DNA of 64,000 nucleotides from Escherichia coli (GTDB lineage Bacteria; Pseudomonadota; Gammaproteobacteria; Enterobacterales; Enterobacteriaceae): NCBI RefSeq assembly GCF_044647545.1, contig NZ_CP172818.1; one strand, 5' to 3'. Shown piece by piece: positions 56,382 to 64,000 of this stretch (position 1 is its first letter; each line of letters starts with the position of its first letter). The notes under the pieces were generated by a model. It saw only the letters and a program-made list of their open reading frames with translations, ran no database searches and was not told where the DNA came from. The position numbers and the translations under genes were made by a program.

Positions 56382-56810
56382 TTAGTGCCACCACATCATG
56401 CCCTGAACGGTAGCTGCTGCAACTGCAACATAGCGTAACGCTTTACCAAGGCACAAAAAAAAGATTACCGGTCCCCACGAGATGCGCATCCATCCCGCTA
56501 ACAGACACAGTAAATCGCCAACCACGGGCATCCAGCTTAATAATAGCGTGACTGCACCATAGCGTTTCAGCCAGCCGGTAGCTTTCTCTTGCCAGCGCGA
56601 TGTTTTACGCAATGGAAAGAAACGCCCAAGGATAACGTTAGTTAACCCTCCAAGGCTATTACCCATTGTTGCTGTTAAAACTAAAACCCAGGGATGACTG
56701 ATCCCGGAAAGCAACATTGCCACCAGCACGACTTCGGAGTTGCCGGGTAATAGTGTAGCGCTGAGAAAACTACTGGCAAACAACGAGAAAAGCGATAACG
56801 CTTCACTCAC
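56382..56810 (-). CDS. yqaA: DedA-family inner membrane protein, 142 aa
   Basis: Sequence recognised as YqaA. Confidence 0.85.
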   Translation of the reverse strand: MSEALSLFSLFASSFLSATLLPGNSEVVLVAMLLSGISHPWVLVLTATMGNSLGGLTNVILGRFFPLRKTSRWQEKATGWLKRYGAVTLLLSWMPVVGDLLCLLAGWMRISWGPVIFFLCLGKALRYVAVAAATVQGMMWWH

Positions 56811-57373
56811 AGCAAGCGAACATCCACAGCGTCCATGCCTGCTGCACGGGCCGCCTGAATACCGAAATCGGCATCTTCAAAGACCACACACTGCGTCGGT
56901 TGCACGCCCATACGCTGCGCGCACAACAAAAATGTGTCTGGCGCGGGTTTATGGTGTTTGACGTGATCGGCAGCAACGACGGCGTCAAAATAACGGCGTA
57001 ATCCCAGGTGTGCCAGCAATGCCTCAGCGATGGCGCTTTCACTCCCCGTTCCTACAGCCATTGGGCGACGACCATGCCAGCTTTTCACCACTTCAACAAG
57101 AGGAAGCGGCTCGACACTATCCAGCAGCATACTTCTTACTGCTTCTGTTTTTTCACGCGCTAACGCATGCGGGTCGAGATCGGCCTGATTCAGCTCAATA
57201 ATCGCCTGAGCAATACGCCAGGTGGGCGAGCCATTAAGCGCAATCATCGCCTGAACGTCGTACTGAAGACCGTAGTGCCCTAATACTTCGCGCCACGCTT
57301 TACGGTGCGTAGGCTCCGTATCCAGGATTGTGCCATCCATATCAAAAATTAAACCTGCATAACGCTCGTACAT
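56807..57373 (-). CDS. yqaB: HAD-family sugar phosphatase, 188 aa
   Basis: HAD motif I FDMDGT near the N-terminus; overlaps yqaA by 4 bp. Confidence 0.85.
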   Translation of the reverse strand: MYERYAGLIFDMDGTILDTEPTHRKAWREVLGHYGLQYDVQAMIALNGSPTWRIAQAIIELNQADLDPHALAREKTEAVRSMLLDSVEPLPLVEVVKSWHGRRPMAVGTGSESAIAEALLAHLGLRRYFDAVVAADHVKHHKPAPDTFLLCAQRMGVQPTQCVVFEDADFGIQAARAAGMDAVDVRLL

Positions 57374-57530
57374 GGTCTTCTCGCAAGTCGAAAAATATGA
57401 CGCTACTTTAGCGTAATTGCTTGATTTTGTCGCTGATGGCGAAGGAGAAGAAAATTCAGGAAATGGATAAAGTAGTTATTTAGAAATGAGATATTTTTGA
57501 AGGAAATTTTTTGGAGAAGATGGTGCATCC

Positions 57531-57548
57531 GGGAGGATGACTCACTGG
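57531..57548 (-). other. Isolated copy of the tRNA-Arg 3' end (18 nt)
   Basis: TGGTGCATCCGGGAGGAT identical to the first 18 nt of each tRNA-Arg copy on this strand, then unrelated sequence. Confidence 0.5.
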
Positions 57549-57652
57549 CGTTCGCCCTTCGGGCCGTTGCTGGCCGGCGTTATCCTCCCTGGTGCCTGCG
57601 GTTAATACCGCTACCTCTTCGATATCTTCATTGCTGAAGGTTACGGAGAAGA

Positions 57653-57729
57653 TGGTGCATCCGGGAGGATTCGAACCTCCGACCGCTCGGTTCGTAGCCG
57701 AGTACTCTATCCAGCTGAGCTACGGATGC
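57653..57729 (-). tRNA. tRNA-Arg (anticodon ACG)
   Basis: Reverse complement GCATCCGTAGCTCAGCTGGATAGAGTACTCGGCTACGAACCGAGCGGTCGGAGGTTCGAATCCTCCCGGATGCACCA. Confidence 0.9.
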
Positions 57730-57792
57730 ATCGGGAAAATTTATTTTATTGCTGATATTGATACCGCTACTAAAGCCATATCAAGTAAGAGA

Positions 57793-57869
57793 TGGTGCAT
57801 CCGGGAGGATTCGAACCTCCGACCGCTCGGTTCGTAGCCGAGTACTCTATCCAGCTGAGCTACGGATGC
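57793..57869 (-). tRNA. tRNA-Arg (anticodon ACG)
   Basis: Identical 77-nt copy. Confidence 0.9.
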
Positions 57870-57931
57870 ATCGGGAAATTTATTTTACTGCTGATATTGA
57901 TACCGCCACTAAAGCTATATCAAGTAAGAGA

Positions 57932-58008
57932 TGGTGCATCCGGGAGGATTCGAACCTCCGACCGCTCGGTTCGTAGCCGAGTACTCTATCCAGCTGAGCT
58001 ACGGATGC
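57932..58008 (-). tRNA. tRNA-Arg (anticodon ACG)
   Basis: Identical 77-nt copy. Confidence 0.9.
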
Positions 58009-58071
58009 ATCGGGAAACTTACTTTACTGCAGATTTTTTGATACCGCCACTAAAGCCGTATCAAGTAAGAA

Positions 58072-58148
58072 TGGTGCATCCGGGAGGATTCGAACCTCCG
58101 ACCGCTCGGTTCGTAGCCGAGTACTCTATCCAGCTGAGCTACGGATGC
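58072..58148 (-). tRNA. tRNA-Arg (anticodon ACG)
   Basis: Identical 77-nt copy. Confidence 0.9.
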
Positions 58149-58151
58149 AAA

Positions 58152-58244
58152 TGGCGGTGAGGCGGGGATTCGAACCCCGGATGCAGCTTTTGACCGCATA
58201 CTCCCTTAGCAGGGGAGCGCCTTCAGCCTCTCGGCCACCTCACC
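58152..58244 (-). tRNA. serV: tRNA-Ser (anticodon GCU)
   Basis: Reverse complement GGTGAGGTGGCCGAGAGGCTGAAGGCGCTCCCCTGCTAAGGGAGTATGCGGTCAAAAGCTGCATCCGGGGTTCGAATCCCCGCCTCACCGCCA with long variable arm. Confidence 0.9.
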
Positions 58245-58559
58245 ACACGTCTCTTACGAGTGCTTCGAAGAACTTGTTTATCGCTCATCGTCGCTGCGTG
58301 GCGCACATATTACTTTCTGAGACTTATAAGTCAAACAATTTTTCCCACACTTTTATCGTTTGCACACTTCACGCTCAATTAGTCTGTAAAAACGTCAAAA
58401 AGAGTGTTTTATCAACAGAAAAACGGAGGTCTGACAGATAGCAGTAATGCAAAAAAATGGAGACTTAAGTTGAATGAACGGGAGTAAAGCGAAAAGACAA
58501 TGGAGTGAAAGAGAAATTTTGAGGGTGCGTCTCACCGATAAAGATGAGACGCGGAAAGA

Positions 58560-58745
58560 TTAGTAACTGGACTGCTGGGATTTTTCAGCCTGGATACGCT
58601 GGTAGATCTCTTCACGGTGAACAGAAACTTCCTTCGGGGCATTTACGCCAATACGTACCTGGTTGCCCTTTACCCCTAAAACTGTCACGGTGACCTCATC
58701 CCCAATCATGAGGGTCTCACCAACTCGACGAGTCAGAATCAGCAT
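58560..58745 (-). CDS. csrA: Carbon storage regulator CsrA, 61 aa
   Basis: [61 protein letters not shown]. Confidence 0.95.
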
Positions 58746-58979
58746 TCTTTGCTCCTTGAAAGATTAAAAGAGTCGGGTCTCTCTGTATCCCGGCATTATC
58801 CATCATATAACGCCAAAAAGTAAGCAATGACAAACACATTACATCTAAGCAGTCATGGCATTACATTCTGTTAAACCTAAGTTTAGCCGATATACACAAC
58901 TTCAACCTGACTTTATCGTTGTCGATAGCGTTAATGCGAATGCCGTGAAGCGAGTCCACGGCATTGCCTGACGCTTATA

Positions 58980-61610
58980 TTATTGCAATTTCGCGCTGAC
59001 CCAGCCTTTCACACTGGCTAACGCTGCAGGTAAGGCCGCAGCATCCGTACCACCGGCTTGCGCCATGTCAGGACGTCCACCACCCTTGCCGCCCACCTGC
59101 TGAGCGACCATACCAATCAGCTCCCCTGCTTTCACACGATCTGTGACGTCCTTAGATACGCCTGCAATCAGAGAAACCTTACCTTCGGCTACCGTTGCCA
59201 GCACGATAATTGTCGACCCCAGCTGATTTTTTAAATCGTCAACCATGGTACGCAACATTTTCGGCTCAACACCGCTAAGCTCGCTAACCAACAGCTTAAC
59301 ACCATTAACATCAATTGCCTTACTGGAAAGATTTGCGCTCTCCTGTGCGGCAGCTTGTTCTTTAAGCTGTTGTAACTCTTTTTCCAACTGACGCGTACGT
59401 TCCAGTACTGAACGCACTTTATCAGCCAGATTATTGCTATCGCCTTTCAGCAGATGCGCGACTTCGCTTAAGCGATCACTGTCTGCATGAACGGTGGCGA
59501 TAGCGCCTTCTCCGGTTACCGCTTCGATACGACGAACGCCTGCAGCAGTACCCGATTCAGAGATGATGCGGAACAGACCAATATCACCAGTGCGGCTGGC
59601 GTGAGTACCGCCACACAACTCGGTGGAGAAATCACCCATGCTCAGCACGCGTACGCGCTCATCATACTTCTCGCCAAACAGCGCCATCGCACCTTTCGCT
59701 TTCGCCGCTTCGAGATCCATGATGTTGGTTTCGATCGGCAAGTTACGGCGAATCTGTGCGTTCACCAGGTCTTCGACCGCACGAATCTCTTCTGGTTTCA
59801 TCGCTTCGTTGTGTGAGAAGTCGAAGCGCAGCACTTTGTCGTTAACCAGTGAACCTTTCTGCGATACATGAGTACCCAGAACCTGGCGCAGCGCAGCGTG
59901 CATCAGGTGCGTTGCGGAGTGATTCAGACGAATACGGGCGCGACGAGCCTCATCAACATCAGCCTGCACAGCGTCGCCCACTTTCAGAGAACCCGTAGCA
60001 AGTTTACCGATGTGACCAATCGCCTGGCCGTATTTCTGAGTATCTTCCACCGCAAAGGAGAAGTTAGCGCCTTTCAGTTCGCCTTTATCACCAACCTGAC
60101 CGCCGGATTCCGCATAGAATGGCGTTTGATCCAGCACGACCACAGCTTCCTGGCCTGCATTGACGGCATCAACCGCTTTACCATCAACAAACAGCGCGGT
60201 CACTTTGCCGTTCAGTTCCAGATGGTCATAGCCTTTAAATTCAGATGCACTGTCAACACGGATCATTGCGTTGTAATCGGCACCAAAGCCGCTGGCTTCG
60301 CGCGCACGACGACGCTGCTCTTCCATTGCTGCTTCAAATCCAGCTTCGTCAACTTTGATGTTGCGCTCACGACAAACATCAGCCGTCAGGTCAACCGGGA
60401 AGCCATAGGTGTCGTACAAACGGAAAGCAGTTTCACCATCCAGCGTATCACCAGAAAGTTTTGCCAGCTCTTCATCCAGCAACGCCAGACCGCGCTCCAG
60501 AGTACGAGCAAACTGCTCTTCTTCAGTCTTCAGCACCTGCTCAACCTGCGCCTGCTGGCGTTTCAGGTCTTCACCCGCAGAGCCCATAACGTCGATCAGC
60601 GGACCAACCAGTTTGTAGAAAAAGGTTTCTTTCGCGCCGAGCATATTACCGTGACGCACTGCGCGACGAATGATACGACGCAGTACATAACCACGGTTTT
60701 CGTTGGACGGCATTACGCCATCCGCGATCAGGAACGCACAAGAACGAATGTGGTCAGCGATTACGCGCAGCGATTTATTGCTCAGATCGGTTGCGCCAGT
60801 GACTTTCGCTACCGCCTGGATCAGCGTGCGGAACAAGTCGATGTCATAGTTAGAGTTAACGTGTTGCAGCACCGCAGCAATACGCTCCAGACCCATACCG
60901 GTATCTACAGACGGCTTCGGCAGCGGTTCCATCGTGCCATCGGCCTGGCGGTTGAACTGCATGAAGACGATGTTCCAGATCTCAATGTAGCGATCGCCGT
61001 CTTCTTCCGGACTTCCCGGAGGGCCACCCCAAATGTGGTCGCCGTGATCGTAGAAGATTTCGGTGCACGGGCCGCACGGACCAGTGTCACCCATCTGCCA
61101 GAAGTTGTCAGATGCGTATGGCGCACCTTTGTTATCGCCGATGCGAATAATACGTTCGCGCGGGATCCCTACTTCTTTTTCCCAGATTTCGTAGGCTTCG
61201 TCGTCGCTTTCATAGACGGTAACCCACAGACGCTCTTTCGGCAGGGCAAACCATTTTTCACTGGTCAGCAGTTCCCATGCAAACTGAATGGCATCGTGTT
61301 TGAAATAGTCGCCGAAGCTGAAGTTGCCCAGCATTTCGAAGAAGGTATGGTGACGCGCGGTGTAACCGACGTTTTCCAGGTCGTTGTGTTTACCACCCGC
61401 ACGCACGCAGCGTTGGGAAGTGGTAGCGCGGGAATAATTACGCTTGTCGAGCCCAAGGAACACATCCTTGAACTGGTTCATCCCGGCGTTGGTAAACAAC
61501 AAAGTTGGGTCGTTATGGGGTACCAGGGAGCTGCTGGCAACTACCTGATGTCCCTTACTATGGAAAAAGTCGAGAAACGCCTGACGGATCTCAGCGGTGC
61601 TCTTGCTCAT
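58980..61610 (-). CDS. alaS: Alanine--tRNA ligase, 876 aa
   Basis: Sequence recognised as AlaS. Confidence 0.95.
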   Translation of the reverse strand: MSKSTAEIRQAFLDFFHSKGHQVVASSSLVPHNDPTLLFTNAGMNQFKDVFLGLDKRNYSRATTSQRCVRAGGKHNDLENVGYTARHHTFFEMLGNFSFGDYFKHDAIQFAWELLTSEKWFALPKERLWVTVYESDDEAYEIWEKEVGIPRERIIRIGDNKGAPYASDNFWQMGDTGPCGPCTEIFYDHGDHIWGGPPGSPEEDGDRYIEIWNIVFMQFNRQADGTMEPLPKPSVDTGMGLERIAAVLQHVNSNYDIDLFRTLIQAVAKVTGATDLSNKSLRVIADHIRSCAFLIADGVMPSNENRGYVLRRIIRRAVRHGNMLGAKETFFYKLVGPLIDVMGSAGEDLKRQQAQVEQVLKTEEEQFARTLERGLALLDEELAKLSGDTLDGETAFRLYDTYGFPVDLTADVCRERNIKVDEAGFEAAMEEQRRRAREASGFGADYNAMIRVDSASEFKGYDHLELNGKVTALFVDGKAVDAVNAGQEAVVVLDQTPFYAESGGQVGDKGELKGANFSFAVEDTQKYGQAIGHIGKLATGSLKVGDAVQADVDEARRARIRLNHSATHLMHAALRQVLGTHVSQKGSLVNDKVLRFDFSHNEAMKPEEIRAVEDLVNAQIRRNLPIETNIMDLEAAKAKGAMALFGEKYDERVRVLSMGDFSTELCGGTHASRTGDIGLFRIISESGTAAGVRRIEAVTGEGAIATVHADSDRLSEVAHLLKGDSNNLADKVRSVLERTRQLEKELQQLKEQAAAQESANLSSKAIDVNGVKLLVSELSGVEPKMLRTMVDDLKNQLGSTIIVLATVAEGKVSLIAGVSKDVTDRVKAGELIGMVAQQVGGKGGGRPDMAQAGGTDAAALPAALASVKGWVSAKLQ

Positions 61611-61738
61611 AATTATCCTGAAATCAAGCTAACGAAATATCGCTACCAGCCGTTGCGTGTCGTTAACCGCCCGGCTGGTAACTGAAAAGTGGGAATAAGA
61701 TAAGTTTTCTTGACTGGGAAGTAAAATCCCGTATGCGT

Positions 61739-62239
61739 TCAGTCGGCAAAATTTCGCCAAATATCCTGGATATCTTCCATCAGATAGCCACGATAGAGCA
61801 GAAAACGCTGGATCTTAACTTTTTCTGAAAAGGCAGTTGGCAAAGGTTCGCCATATTTTCGCGTCGCCTGATCGCGCGCCAGTTCGCACCAGTCGATGTC
61901 ACATTCACGCATCGCTTTTTCTGTCGCTTCGCGGGAAATACCTTTCTGATTCAGTTCCTGACGAATACGCGCAGGTCCATAACCTTTGCGACTACGACTG
62001 GCAATAAAGCGCGCCACAAATCGGCTGTCATCGAGATAGCCATGTTCATGGCACCAGGCGATAACCCGCTCGTAATCTTCTGCCGTAGCATCAATCTCTT
62101 CCGGGCCATTTTTGCCCATAATCGGTGCCGCGAGTTTACGCCGCAGTTCTTGCTCACTGTGATCGCGCACCGCCAGAATGCGTACCGCACGATCCAACAG
62201 GCGAGCATATGCCGGGCGACGGGATGTTGATTCTGTCAT
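61739..62239 (-). CDS. recX: RecA regulator RecX, 166 aa
   Basis: Sequence recognised as RecX; downstream of recA. Confidence 0.95.
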   Translation of the reverse strand: MTESTSRRPAYARLLDRAVRILAVRDHSEQELRRKLAAPIMGKNGPEEIDATAEDYERVIAWCHEHGYLDDSRFVARFIASRSRKGYGPARIRQELNQKGISREATEKAMRECDIDWCELARDQATRKYGEPLPTAFSEKVKIQRFLLYRGYLMEDIQDIWRNFAD

Positions 62240-62255
62240 GGCATATCCTTACAAC

Positions 62256-62290
62256 TTAAAAAAGCAAAAGGGCCGCAGATGCGACCCTTG
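62256..62290 (-). terminator. Terminator between recA and recX
   Basis: GGGUCGCAUCUGCGGCCC hairpin followed by a U-run on the minus strand. Confidence 0.75.
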
Positions 62291-62307
62291 TGTATCAAAC
62301 AAGACGA

Positions 62308-63448
<1,141 letters not shown>

Positions 63449-63946
63449 TCAAGTGTTTTGTAGAAATTGTTGCCACAAGGTCTGCAATGCATACGCAGTA
63501 GCCTGACGACGCACCGCATCACGGTCACCGCTGAAGCATTCCCGGCGGGTAATACCTTCGCCGCGGGCGGTGGCAAAAGCAAACCAGACGGTGCCGACAG
63601 GCTTCTCTTCACTGCCGCCATCCGGCCCGGCGATACCACTAATAGACACGGCATAATCAGCACGAGCCGCTTTCAGTGCGCCTATCGCCATTTCCACCAC
63701 GACAGGCTCGCTCACCGCGCCATGCTGCGCCAGCGTCTCTTCACGTACGCCGATCATTTGCGCTTTGGCTTCGTTACTGTAGGTGACAAATCCGCGTTCA
63801 AACCAGGCGGAGCTACCGGCAATATCGGTAATCACTTTCGCTACCCAACCACCGGTACAAGACTCAGCAGTTGTTACGGTTGCGCCACGGGCTTTCAGCG
63901 CCTGCCCAACCTGTTCGCTTAACTGCATCAGTTCACTGTCAGTCAT
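63449..63946 (-). CDS. pncC: NMN amidohydrolase PncC (CinA-like), 165 aa
   Basis: Start MTDSELMQLS at 63946. Confidence 0.85.
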   Translation of the reverse strand: MTDSELMQLSEQVGQALKARGATVTTAESCTGGWVAKVITDIAGSSAWFERGFVTYSNEAKAQMIGVREETLAQHGAVSEPVVVEMAIGALKAARADYAVSISGIAGPDGGSEEKPVGTVWFAFATARGEGITRRECFSGDRDAVRRQATAYALQTLWQQFLQNT

Positions 63947-64000
63947 CACAACCTCTGTCAGTCAAAAATTTATGCCGGACAAGATAGCACTTTCGTCAGG

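Noticed and set aside
57653-58148. Regularly spaced 77-nt direct repeats resembling a CRISPR array
   Set aside because: The repeats are complete tRNA-Arg genes with cloverleaf structure and the spacers are themselves near-identical; no cas genes are present.
59868-61685. 605-aa plus-strand ORF
   Set aside because: Lies entirely antisense to alaS, whose product is unmistakable; long antisense ORFs arise from codon bias in GC-rich genes, and it has no recognisable motifs or RBS.

Overview
This window is an Escherichia coli chromosomal segment read from sequence and protein-level recognition alone (no searches run). Positions 1-25,700 are a horizontally acquired, prophage-like island resembling the distal part of CP4-57. 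It carries a helicase pair (yfjL-yfjK, probably the AbpAB anti-phage system), the RnlA/RnlB toxin-antitoxin pair, a GTPase/DUF932/WYL-regulator module (yfjP-yfjT), an arsBC operon remnant, the AT-rich membrane protein gene yfjW, an antirestriction/RadC/toxin-antitoxin block (yfjX-ypjF), the autotransporter ypjA, an invertase remnant, and a split AT-rich gene pair ending at tRNA-Ile (ileY). From about 26,000 onward it is conserved core genome: ygaQ, csiD-lhgO-gabDTP-csiR, kbp, yqaE, ygaVP, stpA, alaE, ygaC, ygaM, nrdHIEF, proVWX, ygaY, ygaZH, emrRAB, luxS, MicA sRNA, gshA, yqaAB, four tRNA-Arg plus tRNA-Ser, csrA, alaS, recX, recA with its LexA box, and pncC. No CRISPR array, integrase or intact IS element was seen. 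The best candidates for something undescribed are the yfjP-yfjQ-yfjR-ypjK-yfjS-yfjT module with its duplicated terminator-like leader, the orphan membrane protein yfjW, and the repeat structures in the yfjL upstream region. The helicase pair is the strongest defence signal but appears to have been described already.
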